From: Octopus vulgaris
Lineage: Eukaryota
Assembly (NCBI GenBank): GCA_951406725.2
Contig: OX597821.1
Location: 77,872,001-77,936,000 of the forward strand
Length of the DNA: 64,000 nucleotides
Reading direction: 5' to 3'
Made by a program: the position numbers and the translations under genes. Below, in pieces: positions 25,561 through 39,320 of this stretch (the stretch's first letter is position 1; the number at the start of each line of letters is the position of its first letter). Below the pieces are notes generated by a model, which worked only from the letters and a program-made list of their open reading frames with translations, was not told where the DNA came from and searched no databases.

Positions 25561-26266
25561 CTCTGAGGGATGATATAGTTGTAAAGTCTATATACAATGC
25601 TATCCGAAGGAAGGGTTGGCATGACGTGTTCGTCGAGGTTGAATCAGGACCAGTTTGCATTCATGCCTTTAATAACAAGGAATACTGGTGGAACACTCCA
25701 ATAAAAACAGAAATTCGGTTCTAACATAACAGATATGATATTTTTCTGTAGGACAGAAAACAAAAGTCATGCACTGTTGTAGAGGGCAACTGTTTAACGA
25801 ATGTAAATGTACTATCAAAAGTTCAAGAAAATGACAACATTTATGGTGAATTAATGCAGCTCTTGTAAACGGACCATAATATTTTGTTTGTATCTTTCCT
25901 CATAGGTGTGCATTAGGCTCTGTACCTACAAATTTACACAAAAACCTTGAAGTGCTAGATTTTTCAAGGAACGACCAAGAGACACTGACGCAGATTCAAC
26001 AAATTTAATCAATTAACAGCACAGTGAATATTTGTAAGACATTTCAAAGATTTCCCATCTGAGATGTACACACTCAGCATGGACAGCTCAACCAACACAC
26101 CAACTCAGCAACATATTTATAAACAGTGGAAGACTCTGAACTCAAAAAGTCATGTTGCTTTATTGGCGCTGGCTTGAAGTCTCTTAAGAAGAATTAAAAG
26201 AAAAACAGAAATATATTGTATAATCATAATATATGTTATGTATCATATATATATATATATATATAA

Positions 26267-26775
26267 CTTAACTTAGAAAGGTTTTGGCCAGTATTGGCCC
26301 AGGTCATGTCTAACTTAATAGCACCACCTGGCGAAGTCTTTCAATCAGGATTTGGGCACCAAGGCCCATTCGAGCAGAGAGTTATTGTTTGCGGAGATAT
26401 ATCCGAGTGTGGGTGGTTTGTCCGGGACTGTTTGAAGGAATTTGTCCAAAGTCTTCTTGAATTCTGTGTGGTCAGTTTCTGTTTTGACGTGTCCTGGTGT
26501 AATGTTGAAGAGAGCGGGTCCAATTGAGGTGAAATAATTGAGCCGTATTGTTGTTATGAGATGCGATTTAGATTTTTGTTGTGGACGGATAGCACGTGGT
26601 CCAAGCCTTGGATGTATTTTGAAGGTGATGCCAACATCATTTGGACAGTGCTGATGGAATATTTTCCACATCATACAGATAATGTTGCGTTCACGGCGTC
26701 GTTGGAGTGAATACAGTTTCAGCTTTTGGAGTGAATACAGTTTCAGCTTTTCTAGTCGACCCCAGTAGTCGAGGT
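26267..26775 (-). mobile_element. 3' end of a CR1/L2-group LINE
   Basis: DLDYWGRLEKLKLYSLQ..RRRERNIICMMWKI...FTSIGPALFN...FKKTLDKFLQTVPDKP; short 3' UTR and (TAAGT) tail. Confidence 0.8.
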
Positions 26776-26796
26776 CTCTCTCTCTCAGTAGTCGAG

Positions 26797-26848
<52 letters not shown>

Positions 26849-26877
26849 AGGTTTGGAGATGATGTACAGGTATTATA

Positions 26878-27192
26878 TATTAGGAGAAATGAGGTAATCA
26901 GAAGATCGGATGGTTTATATTTACAGATATTTATTTATATATTACATTTTTTACATATATATCATATCAAATTGATACACTCTTTGCAAACATTAGCGCA
27001 AACATTATTTTCAAATCAAAATAAGTTCCTTCGGAACTTATTTTGATTTGAAAACCCCACTAGAATGGGAGAAAGCGCTATGTTTGCAAAGAGTGTATCA
27101 ATTTGATATGATATATATGTAAAAAATGTAATATATAAATAAATATCTGTAAATATAAACCATCCGATCTTCTGATTACCTCATTTCTTCTA

Positions 27193-27197
<5 letters not shown>
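26878..27197. repeat. Near-perfect palindrome (about 120-bp arms) with an inner perfect 22-bp hairpin
   Basis: 26878-26999 versus 27074-27197; inner ttttcaaatcaaaataagttcc-ttc-ggaacttattttgatttgaaaa. Confidence 0.92.
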
Positions 27198-27225
<28 letters not shown>

Positions 27226-27659
27226 CATATATATACATATATATACATACATATATACACATACATATATATATATACATGCACACACACGCACGCACAC
27301 ATACATACATATATATATATATATTATATTAAATTAGAGATGAAACCACTATTAGGCAAGTCAAACAGTGAAAAACATAAGCCAATACATAAAATTAATT
27401 TAAAAATATAAAAGTTAAAAATAAAAAATTATTTAAATAATTTAAACTTATAAATTTTATATATATATACAAATATATATATATATATGTATGTATGTAT
27501 ATTTTTATATTTATATATTATTTATTTAATTAATTAATTAATCAATTAATTAATTTATTTATTATTTTTTTTTTAAATATTAAAAGTATTAAAAGTTTAA
27601 TAAAAGATAAAGAGTATATATAACAACGTTAAGTTGTAAGATACTGCACGAGTGGAAAT

Positions 27660-28136
27660 ATATATGAAAGAAGGTTTGAAAATATAATTTTAAAGCTGTT
27701 TATTCATTTGACCGGTTTCACTTTTTTAGAAAAAGATTGTCAAAAGTAAAATGTAAAACTTTATATAAGCTTTGTTGTGTTAAAGACTGGTTGTCACAAA
27801 AATATTACAATACATATATACACTCTTTGATGATAATACTGTGTATGTATATATATACTACCAAACAAACATGATTTGTATTGAGCTCCTAATACATTTT
27901 GTTGAATATTTTCTTAAATGCCTTCATTGTAAACTGTTTTTAACATTTTTTTTATTATTATTATCAAAGAATGTATATATGTATTTTATAACTTTTGTGA
28001 CAACCAGTCCTTAACACAACAAAACTTATACAAAGCTTTACATTTTACTTTTGACAATCTTTTTCTAAAAAAGTGAAACCAGTCAAATGAATAAACATCT
28101 TTAAAATTGCATTTTCAAACCTTCTTTCATATATAT
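27660..28136. mobile_element. Fold-back element with about 180-bp inverted arms, each carrying a U3-A8 hammerhead motif
   Basis: 27660-27838 inverted at 27958-28136; ends at (TA)n. Confidence 0.82.
27703..27748 (-). ncRNA. Minimal type I hammerhead motif, UUGACAA core variant
   Basis: uuacuu UUGACAA ucuuuuu-cua-aaaaagu GAAA CCGG UC aaaugAAUAAA; mirror copy at 28045-28090 (plus). Confidence 0.55.
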
Positions 28137-28140
28137 ATAT

Positions 28141-28526
28141 AAGCGCAGGTGAAGCTGTGTGGTAAGAAGCTTGCTTCTCAACCACTTGGTTTTGGGTTCA
28201 GTCCCACTGCGTGGCACCTTGGGCAAGTGTCTTCTTCTATAGTCTCAGGTCCACCACAGCCTTGTGAGTGGATTTGGTAGACGGAAACCGAAATGAAGCC
28301 CATCATATATATGTATATGCTTAAGTGTGTGTGTCTGTGTCTGTCTCCCCATCATCGCTTGACAACTGATGTTGGTGTGTTTACACCCCGTAACCCTGGC
28401 GGTGCGGCAAAAGAGACCGATAGAATAAATACTAGTCTTACAAAGAATAAGTCCTGGGGTCGATTTGTTCGATTAAAGGCCGTGCCCCAGCATGGCTGCA
28501 GTCAAATAACTCAAACAAGTAAAAGA

Positions 28527-28527
<1 letters not shown>
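28141..28527 (+). mobile_element. Full-length SINE family A
   Basis: Reverse complement of the 9460-9874 type. Confidence 0.88.
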
Positions 28528-28566
<39 letters not shown>

Positions 28567-28570
28567 GTAC

Positions 28571-28649
<79 letters not shown>

Positions 28650-28654
28650 TGTAC

Positions 28655-28933
28655 GGACCGGGCTGCGTGTTGTGTTCTTGAGCAAGGCACTTTATTTCAC
28701 GTTGCTCCAGTTCACTCAGCTGTAGAAATGAGTTGCGACGTCACTGGTGCCAAGCTGTATCGACCTTTGACTTTCCCTTGGATAACACTGGTGGCGTGGA
28801 GAGGGGAGGCTGGTATGCATGGGCGACGGCTGGTCTTCCATAAACAACCTTGCCCGGACTTGTGTCTAGGAGGGTAACTTTCTAGGTGCAATCCCATGGT
28901 CATTCATGACCGAAGGGGGTCTTTACCCTTTAC
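28655..28933 (+). mobile_element. 5'-truncated SINE family D (CORE-like tgttcttgagcaaggcacttt, tail ctttaccctttac)
   Basis: Shares its 5' core with family E but has a different 3' body. Confidence 0.65.
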
Positions 28934-28981
28934 ATTATGTGTATAAATGCACACACATGCACACATATACACATGTACACG

Positions 28982-29054
<73 letters not shown>

Positions 29055-29155
29055 AGAGAAAAAGAGAGAGAGAGAGAGCAAGTAAACAAAACTGTTTCTG
29101 ACACATAATGTTGATACAAGATACGAAGGACTGACTAATTTTATACCTATTAGGT

Positions 29156-29221
<66 letters not shown>

Positions 29222-30784
29222 CACGCATATATGTGCACACATTGTATTTATTCTAGTGCAGAACCAGTGATTCGCGACAACTTACTGCTTGAAGGAAAAG
29301 AAAAAAAGAAAAAAAAAGTGGCCGCCATGCTTTATTTCTTACTTTTTAAAATATATAAATGCATTAATGAAATTATCTCTTACGTCACTCCTCTTCATAT
29401 TTATCGTGTGAGGGAAATATTTGCCACGATGCTCCAAAGCTTGAGCCGAACTAATCTAATCTATTTCTGCTGCTTGACAGGAGTCTGGCTTAAATGGATG
29501 CTCGTCGGTGGACAATAAATATAGAGTTTTGTCGGGGGGAGATCTGTCAGAATACTTGAAGCAACAACCATTGAAACATTATAACTAAAAATATATCGCC
29601 GACAAATGTTCACAGAAGAGTAACTAATCTTTTCGAAAGTGAGAGTTATTGAGCCTGGTCTATTGTAAATGTTGGTTTTTGAATCTAGGAACACTTTAGG
29701 CAACAAAAAAGTTGTTTTTGGTTTTTAACTCACCTCCGCTCTAATCGACCAGACGTGAATATTATCAAAGATGTTCTAACTATGACTGTCCCTCTATATT
29801 TATCTGGGTCTACATTATCTAATGGATCATTTATTTAGATATAGTTGGGCTTGATTTAATGAGATTTAGCTTCTATTTCTATTGGGGGAAAGATTACATA
29901 GAACTTCTTTCTTTGGCTCTCAGCAAAGAAGTAAAACTCAAAGGAGAAACAAATGGTGTGCATTGGTGTGTAGCCACGATATGTGTAATCACAAAACTGT
30001 CTACTCTTATCACGTTGATATGTCGCCATTTTCAGACCCTTTTATACTCAACTCTCATGTGATTCAAATTCTTATTAATCTCCCAGAAATATAGAAATAT
30101 GATTCTGTGACTTCGAGTCACAGAAGATTCAGTTATATGTTACTAGTAAGAATTTTTTTTAATGCTTAGAAGTAAATCATAGCATATCAGTCGTCTTGGA
30201 AGAATCTTGGACGTGGAATGACATCCGGTTTTCATGGAGTATAAGTGACTGAAATTATAACACTTTTATTCTGGTTCGTCGCAGAGTTAACTTCCCAGTA
30301 CAAATCCACAAATTTGTAGCGAGGGGTTCTTCGGATTAATCGACTACTCAGGTCTGCTATAAGCCCTAGGACTCTTAAGGTCGGAGTTTCATCCGGTTTT
30401 CATGGAGTATAAGTGACTGAAATTATAACACTTTTATTCTGGTTCGTCGCAGAGTTAACTTCCCAGCTATTCCTGGAACTTATTTACAGACTTGAGAAAC
30501 AAAATGAAGTGTTTTGCTCAAGAACACAGCGCACCTCCCGATTGGGGAATCGAAACCAAGATTTTATCATCGTGAGTACAACACCCATACCACTAGGCCA
30601 TGCAACTTTTCTTGTACTTACTGAAGCTTATTTCATCGACCTCGGAAGGATAATAGGCAAAGTGAACTTTGGTGGGATTTGAATTCTGAACATTAAGAGC
30701 CGAAACTAAATACCGAAAACCATTTGTACGACGCTCTAGCGATTCCGTGCATCTACCGTCTTTAGGTCAAGAAACTTTAAGAAT

Positions 30785-31020
30785 TGATGGTGATGCTTGG
30801 CCACATGCTTCGGTGCCAGCCTGAAAGCTGCGTAATGCGTGATGCAATAGAATGGACAGTGCAAGATACCAGAAGAGGAAAACCTAGGATTACTTTGTCG
30901 AAAACAATGAGGAGTGAAAGGAGAGATAATGTCTGGGCAGAGGCAGGAACAGAAGACAAGACGGAGGAGAATACGCAGAGACCCTCTGGTACCAAGTTAT
31001 GTTGGAGGGACAATCAGTAA
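30785..31020 (+). mobile_element. RTE-clade LINE C-terminal fragment
   Basis: LGHMLRCQPESCVMRDAIEWTVQDTRRGKPRITL resembles the WxGHVxR...W.P.G.R.RGRP motif. Confidence 0.65.
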
Positions 31021-31802
31021 CAATAACAAATTGCAGAAAATGTCTTAATTCATAACTAAAGCGTTTGTAGAATTTAGAAGGCTTTCTTTATCATATTCGA
31101 GGTTTTAGTCATAGTTTTGGTTGCCGAATTTTATGATGTTAATAAGAAGCTCCATACTTTAAAGAAATATGTAGCATCGAATTTAAGCCATCAACGAAGT
31201 ATTTAAGTAGTATCTAAGGAATCAAGGAAGCTAGTGTTATCTCAGTATTCTCATTTCCCACTGATATTGAATCACTTGTCTTATACTTATTCTCAGTGCA
31301 AAGGTTCCAATATTTAGTGAAGTGTTTTGACGCTAAAATATGAAAGCTGTAAGTGATTGAATAAAATACGTAGCAATGAGAAAAATGACTGCAGTAAGCT
31401 GGTAGGTATATATTTGAATGAAGATGAGATTATATTAAATAATAAAAAAACGAAATACACTGCCTGAATGGAGGTAATGTAAAGCTATATTAGTTATCTT
31501 TCCTTTTCATTTCGTCTCGATGCCTCAAATTATAGAGAAATTATAAGAACGGAGTAGAAGTCTTCTGGGCCACATCACAAGCAATATATAATTGAATCAT
31601 GTATTTTCATTATGAATTAATGTTTCACTTTCATGAAGGAGTGGAGGAATTGTATTGAGGAAAATAAAATTTTCTCAGGGGTGTAAGAGGAACGTGAAGT
31701 GAAATGCTTTGATTAAAACTTGAAGCGACAACGCTTACTTGGCACACGGAAAGCTGACATCTCGTTGTGCTGCATTTGCCATTATCGTGCTTTATACATT
31801 TG

Positions 31803-32194
31803 TCTTTTAATTGTCTCAGTCACTGGAGTGCGGCCATGCTGGAGCACCGCCTTGAAATGTTTAGTCGAACAAATTGACTCCGGAACTTTTTAATTAAAAT
31901 TGGTACTTATTCAATCTGTAATTTTTTTTTGCCGATCCGCTAATGTTTCGGGGACGTAAACAAGCCAACACCGGTCGTCAAACGATGAGAGAGAACAAAC
32001 ACAAAGACACACACAACAAACAGATACACGCTCACATATGAAAGGCTTCCATACAGTTTCCATCAACCAAATTCCCTCACAAGGTATTCATTGGCCCGGA
32101 GTTATGGTGAAGACTAAGGTTCCGCACAGTAAGACTGAACCCGAATCCGCATAGTTGCAAAACGATCTCCTTCACCACACGGCCACGCTTGCGC
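31803..32194 (-). mobile_element. SINE family A, full length, diverged
   Basis: Colinear with 9460-9874. Confidence 0.8.
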
Positions 32195-32289
32195 TTATTT
32201 ATAGGAGTTTTTTTTCTTCTTCACAAAGTATGCTTGGCTCTACATCGCATCTCTGTTAAGTTGCTGGACTAAATATCTCATAGCCTTAC

Positions 32290-32885
32290 TGATCAAAATG
32301 CTTAGCGGTATTTTGTCTGCCGTCACGTTCTGAGTTTAAATTCCGCCCAGGTCGACTTCGCCTTTCATCCTTTCGGGGTCGATTAAATAAGTACCAGGGG
32401 TCGATATAATCGACTTAATCCGTTTGTCTGTCCTTGTTTGTACTCTTTGTGTTTAGCCCCTTGTGGGTAGTAAAGAAATAGAAATAGGTATTTCGTTGGA
32501 CTTTTCATTCTGAGTTCAAATTCTGCCGAGGTTGACTTCGCCTGTCATCATTTCGAGGTCGATGAAATAAGTATCAGTTGCGTACTGGTGTCGATGCCAT
32601 CGATTTACTTCCTCTCCCGAAATTGCTGGCCTTGTGCCAAAATTTGTAACCGATATTTAGTACTAATATGGCGGCGAGCAGGCAGAATCGCAACTGCGCC
32701 GGAAAAATTGCTTAGCGGCATTTCTTCTGATATTACGTTCTGAGTTTAACTGCCGCTGGGACTATCTTTGCTTTTCATTATTTGGGGTCGATAAAATAAG
32801 TACCAGTTAAGCACTGGGGTAGATGTAATTGACTTATCCTCTCCCACAAACTTGCTGATCTTATGCCAAAATTTATAACTAATAT
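32290..32885 (+). mobile_element. Three head-to-tail SINE family B copies
   Basis: acgttctgagtt..gcctttcatc..gggtcgat..aataagtaccag motif at about 32325, 32510 and 32735. Confidence 0.85.
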
Positions 32886-33339
32886 TTGGTTATAGTCTCT
32901 AGTTTTAAGTAAGCCTCAAGCGAAGTCTTTTGTAAAATATTAGCAGCAAAAAATGCTAGCATTTTTTATTCAGAAAATTCAAGATTTTGTAGATCTGAAA
33001 GAAATCAATAATATATACTAACTCTGAAAGTGAAATATTTTCTTTTAGAATAGACAGAACAGTGTATCGTAAGTTTTATTTTTTTAAAAACTAGAATCAT
33101 TGTTTAATAAACAATACAACAGAAGATTTAGCTGAAGAAATTAAAAGAAGATTTAGTTGAAGAAATATTGCTTAGATGACGGAGATGGAATCTAAGTAAC
33201 TATCTTCTAGATTCCTTAGTTTCCATTTCATTCTTTCGTATTTTTAGGATGTTTTCATTCCTCTTAGAGCGATAAACTAGATGCTAGATTCATATGGAAG
33301 AGATGCAATGCGCTAATCCTTTATCCTAATTCCGTATTT

Positions 33340-33682
33340 TATCTTTTATCCTTCACTTGTTTCAGTCATTTGACTGTGGCCATGCTGGGGCACTGCCTTC
33401 AAGATATTTTTTCGATTGAATCGACTCCAGGACTGTTTATTTTTTTTTAAAGTCTGGTACTCTGGTACCTATTCTATCCGTCTCTTTTGCCGAACCGCTA
33501 AGTTACGGTGACGTAAACACGCCAGCACCGGTTGTCAAGTGGTGGTAGGGAGAAACACACAGAAACGCGCGCACACACATATACATACACACACACAACC
33601 CACAAGTTTCTTTCAGTTTCCACCTACCAAATCCCCTCACAAGGCCTTGGTCAGTTCGAGGCTAGAGTAGAAGACACTTGTC
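33340..33682 (-). mobile_element. SINE family A, 5'-truncated
   Basis: Colinear with 9460-9790. Confidence 0.82.
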
Positions 33683-35028
33683 CTTCCAATGATTACAGTG
33701 TAGAAATGAGGTAGAGGTCGAATTTCTTTTCTATCAATGAAAGACATTTGCATCACTAAATCCCATTTTCTCTCCACAAAAAAAAAAAAAACAGAACAAA
33801 AATACACAAGGCTTTTGTCTATCCTGGAATCAAGTGATAGAGATTATAACATATTTCCGGCGAACCTATCCTATCATTCCTTATCGATTCTGACATGTAA
33901 GCAATTCACGCGCCTTGAACAAGGCATTAACTCACTCAGTCTCGAATATTCTCGTCTACAAACCCCTGTTATTGTTGTTGTTGCTGCTGTTTGGTGTGAG
34001 TAAGCTGATTTTAGAGGAGAAAGAGCAACGTCCATGAACTTTTGCCGAGCAATCCAAATTCCGGTGGGTTGGAGGAGGGAAAGCGAATGCTTTACTCACG
34101 GATTAAAGTTATAGAAATAGGGAGCAACGCACATCAAGATATCGAGATAGGCACAAACTGGAGACTGGTCTGAATTCTTAGCAGCAAATTCTGGTCTACT
34201 AAAAGCCCCTAAGGTTCAGTGAATGGTGTTAAATCGAACAATGCATTAAATCAGCCATTCGAAAACATGATTGTATCGCAGTATAGGAAACAGAATTATT
34301 TCTGTGATTAGAAAAAGAAACAATAACAATAAAAAACAAACAAACAAACAAAAAAAAAAACAAAGCGAAATCAACCATTTCTTCTCGTTTACCATTTTGT
34401 TTCCGTGGTGCAAATATTTGGTGTTGATTATATTCTTGTAGGTTTGGCACATATACCAAGCCTGAATATCTGCTTTCTGCTTGGAAGCTTTTAGTCATAA
34501 TCAATATTACTGCAAACCTATTCGTCCGTTCAATGCTATAGATTTCTCAAAATATCCAAGATAATCAAATATGCCATCAGTCCTATGATATCATAAAGTC
34601 GAGTCCCAAAAATATTTCGTTTTGTAAACTATTCATATTCGTTATAAGGTTTCTTCTACATGTTATAAATGCAACGAACACCTATATTGCTTGGAAGACA
34701 TACATTTAAATAAATTCCTTCGCTTTTTCCATCCTATATTTATCAATATCTTTATCTATGTCTTCTTATTCACTAACTTTGCATTATTTTTCCTTATCTT
34801 TGAAAAGTTTCAAAATTCATTCCTAATACATGGCAGTCTCTTTCGTCACTAATGGAAGCGGGGAAAAATACGTCTTCACCGTTTTATTATCAGAATCTGA
34901 AGGTAACGAAGTTATTCATGCAGCCAGAAAAATTTATATTTCTCAATATCTGTTCCACTGCATAAAATGAGTCCATTATCAAGTGACATTTTCATATGTA
35001 TATATGCATACATACATACATACATACA

Positions 35029-35092
<64 letters not shown>

Positions 35093-35094
35093 TG

Positions 35095-35134
<40 letters not shown>

Positions 35135-35147
35135 TAATATATACATG

Positions 35148-35179
<32 letters not shown>

Positions 35180-35262
35180 TGTATGCATATATATACATAT
35201 GTATATAAATATATATATATATATATTTATGTGTTTGTATTATGTATGTATATATGTATATA

Positions 35263-35312
<50 letters not shown>

Positions 35313-35474
35313 TCATATAATGCATACGCACATACATACAAAACATTGTTTTGACACCTGAGATATTAATTAAATGGCATACACACGCGCGCACACACAA
35401 GCACACCTGTATATGTATATGCAGTTTGTGCATCTGCGTGTTTGAGTGTGTATGTGCAAATTGTATGTATGTAC

Positions 35475-35505
<31 letters not shown>

Positions 35506-35704
35506 TGTATGTATGTATGTATGTATGTATGTATGTATGTATGTATGTATGTATGTATATATCTATATATATATCTATATATCTATCTATATATATATAT
35601 ATATATATATATATAAGTGAAATAAACAACAGAGATGCTTTGCTCCACGCAGAAACTTGCAGAAGCTACTCAGAAATCTTGCAAGCCCTTTGAAATCCTT
35701 TGTA

Positions 35705-35940
35705 ATTCTGGAAACCCTTCCATATCGTCAGCTGGTGTCTCAGGGCTAGAAGTGTTTTGCCCTGTAGCTTGAACGCTTCGCCTGAATGGGGCAGCAAGGA
35801 CTGAACTAATCTTCATCTACAGAAGAGTTCTACTTGCGGTCTCTTATCAGTCACAGCCATCTTGATCTAGTTTCAGTTGCCGTGCCTATCTCCTTGATGG
35901 CTTTCTTCAGTTGTCTGGGTTCCAGATCTATCTTCTGTCG
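35705..35940 (-). mobile_element. 3' end of an RLE-type LINE (HERO/NeSL-like)
   Basis: DLEPRQLKKAIKEIGTATETRSRWL*LIR resembles the AIK..AE.ASRWLWLKR terminus; 3' UTR follows. Confidence 0.5.
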
Positions 35941-36299
35941 GATATATACAATCAGATATATAATAATCGATTAAGGAAATAGAAGATGGTTTCGGTATTA
36001 GTCTTTATTGTGTGCGACAATTGTTTCGGCCGATCCTGCGATTGTTCCTTATGGGTGGGATTTTATGCATCGTATTGTGTTGCATCAAATTTGAGGTTTG
36101 GGTCACACCAGGTACATTCATACATAAAGTTGTGTCTCGCTAAACATTTTGAGTTCAAGCGGTCATGTTGTTATTTGCTCGCTTCAGTTAGGAAATGAAG
36201 CATTGCCACAATTGTCCTTATCATTCACACATTACCGTGTGCGAATAATATCCTTAAGGTCAACATTTACTCACTCATGACCACTTCTAGGGTTTATCA

Positions 36300-36900
36300 C
36301 TAACTCAGTTTTTAACCAAATAAGTTGATGTTTACATTTTTTCAGCGACACAATTTGAAAATTGCTTTGGCAAAAAAAAAGTTTCAGTAAAAATATGTGA
36401 GGTCAAAAACGGGAGAGTAACGTTTGAAATCGACTTTCAGTTCAAATATATTTTTTAAAAATAGAGCTATATTTTATTCTGGCTTATATGATAGATCTCA
36501 ACGACAGGAATCTATCCATGTTACTTATATGCAAAAATATTCAGCAGAAAAAAGTAATGGGATAAAAAACCGTCGAAAAAAGGGAGATTGACGTCGGAAA
36601 TCTACTTTGACTCCATATATTACGCTTCTTTCAAAAGAAAATTACAAATTTAACTTTCTCATAAATCTCGACTACAGGAATACCATGATGTTAATTATAT
36701 ATAAAAAATTAAAATTAAGAACTGCTGGGGCCAAATGTGCCGAAAACAGTGGTAACACCTAAAATCTAATTCAGAAACTAAACATTTTGTTTTTGTTTTG
36801 CTCATTTGATAGAATACATCCAGACGAGTGTCGTGATGCTAATCTTTTCAAAGAAGATTCAAAATGAAAAAACTTATTATATAAGCTAAATGAGCCACAA
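36300..36900. mobile_element. Probable non-autonomous DNA-element body with imperfect internal repeats
   Basis: atagatctcaacgacaggaat..catg and ataaatctcgactacaggaataccatg recur about 170 bp apart. Confidence 0.4.
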
Positions 36901-37198
36901 GGATGTAAAACAATTTTCAAGTAATATTATTACTTTTCCATTGTAATATTAAATATTGATAACTAATAATAGTAAATAATTATGAATATAAACTTATAAA
37001 CTGTAGACAAGAAAGAAAGAAAAAATAAAAATATAAAGATATGCAGGCTAGAGTATATGGGGGAGATATATAGATAGGATGAGACCTGTTAAGGAAATAT
37101 TAGATTGCATGAATGTTTAAAGCGAGGGAAGGATACTACACTTGCTAACACGGGTTAGGATGCGTATAGGCCCTTACACACACATTCACACACAAGCA

Positions 37199-37277
<79 letters not shown>

Positions 37278-37280
<3 letters not shown>

Positions 37281-37530
37281 GAGCGGAGTAAATGATTTGA
37301 CCGCAAAATACCGAAAGCACAAGTTGCCCTGGGTTAGACATATCGCAAGGTTCATAGACAACAGGTGGACCCGCACAGGTGCCGAAGAGTGTTCAAAAGA
37401 TTGAAAAAGGCTCCTTGGAAGACCTCCACAACGATGGGAAGACATTTTAGTTAAGTAATTTGGGTCAAGCTGGGAAAGAATGGTGCAATCAAGACAAGAT
37501 TGGAAGAGAATTGTGATCAGTGGTGTATAA
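37278..37530 (+). mobile_element. RTE-clade LINE 3' end
   Basis: [25 protein letters not shown]...KRLLGRPPQRWED...SRQDWKR. Confidence 0.8.
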
Positions 37531-37559
37531 CAACATCTGATGGTCTGTTCGGTACTGTG

Positions 37560-38600
37560 CTTCAAGTATTAGGTTGATGCTTCTTGTTCCTGGACTGCAA
37601 ATGTGCACCTTTCGAAGTGATAGACGCCTTTGATTAACAGCGTTTCTGTCATCCCGGAGCTTTCTGCTTGCATATCCATACATGGTCTTCTGCCGATACG
37701 CATTCATCTTTTCATATGTTGCGTTAGAATCGAGCAACTTCTTTGGGAATGCATTGAAGGTTATCAGACAGGGAATGTTTCTCGAGGTGCTGCTTTCCAT
37801 GTCCCATGATGTTATCTGCTTTGTGTATGCAAACTTAGTCAAAGGATGCACTTCGATACTTGGTGGGTAGAAGATGTTGTCGAAAGGATATCATGTGACA
37901 ACCAAAAGCTGCTTTTGGTTGTCACATCACATCCCTTAAACCGCTGCTTTCTTATTTTCGTTTTAGGTAGAGGTGGTCTATTTCAATATTGATGTGAAAA
38001 TTACTTGTGCTGGTCAATATCTTCTGGGTCTTCACACCAATGGTTCGGATCTCATCAAGCATTCAGTCAAGCAGCTCAAATGTTGGTGTAAGTACTGGTA
38101 CTGCAAGCACATTTTGGGCCACTGTTTTATTGAATGCAGAGCGTTCCGAGGTTCATCTTTTTCGTATCCAGTTGTTATATTCTTTTGTGATGTTTCCTGT
38201 TAGAGGTACCATCGCAAGATATGTTTTCATGCCCTTATGCGCCAGTAACACTCCTCATCAAATAGAGTAGAAACAGTTAAGCCGATGGTGGAGATGCTGC
38301 TAGTCTGGTTTGTAGTTTTCATAACTATAAAGCAACATTTATTCAATCCTGTATATTTTGAGAATCTTGTAAGCTGGTTAAGAATTTTTTCATCTCATAC
38401 CTACTCCTGATATACAGTTTCAAGTCATCCACATAAGAACAGAGTTTAATTTTTGCTATTTCTGTCTCCTTGTGAGCCAATGAGATACTCAACATAAATG
38501 ACAAGGGGTTTACTAGCATTCCACAGAGGTTGGACCCCTTGGAATATATCTCTACGATAGTGTGTTTTATCAGTGACAATATTATTTCTTGTATTTAACT
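37560..38600 (-). mobile_element. Heavily degraded RLE-type (R4-like) LINE RT fragment
   Basis: SKGSNLCGMLVNPLSF (QG motif relic) and CSYVDDLKLY. Confidence 0.6.
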
Positions 38601-38660
38601 TTGACGGTGACTCAAGATAAAGTCAGATCAGTTATTGCGTTGATTATACCCTTTGGAATT

Positions 38661-39320
38661 TATGTATGTATGTATGTATGTATGTATGTATGTATGTATG
38701 TATGTATGTATGTATGTATGTATGTATGTATGTATGTATGTATGTATGCATGTATGTATGTATGTATGTATGTATGTATGTATAAATTTGTGTATGTATG
38801 TACGTATGTACGTATGTATGTATGTTTGTATGTATATGTATGTATGTATGCATGCATGCATGCATGTATGTATGTATGTATGTATGTATGTATGCATGCA
38901 TGTATGTATTTATGTATGTGTGTACGTACGTATGTAAGTATACATGCATGCATGCATGTATGTATGTATGTATGTATATATGCATGTATATATATGCATG
39001 CATGTACGTATGTACATATGTATGTATGGATATATGTATGCATGCATGCATGCCTGTATGTATGTATGTATGTATGTATGTATGTATGTATGTGTGTATG
39101 TATGTATGCATGTATGTATTTATGTATGTGTGTACGTACGTATGTACGTATGCATGCATGTATGTATGTATGTATGTATGTATGTATGTATGTATGTATG
39201 TATGTATGTATGTATATATGCATGTATATATGTATGCATGCATGTACGTATGTACGTATGTATGTATGCATATATGTATGCATGTATGTACGTATGTATG
39301 TATGTATGTATGTATATATA
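38661..39320. repeat. Long degenerate (ATGT)n tract
   Basis: Read directly. Confidence 0.97.
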
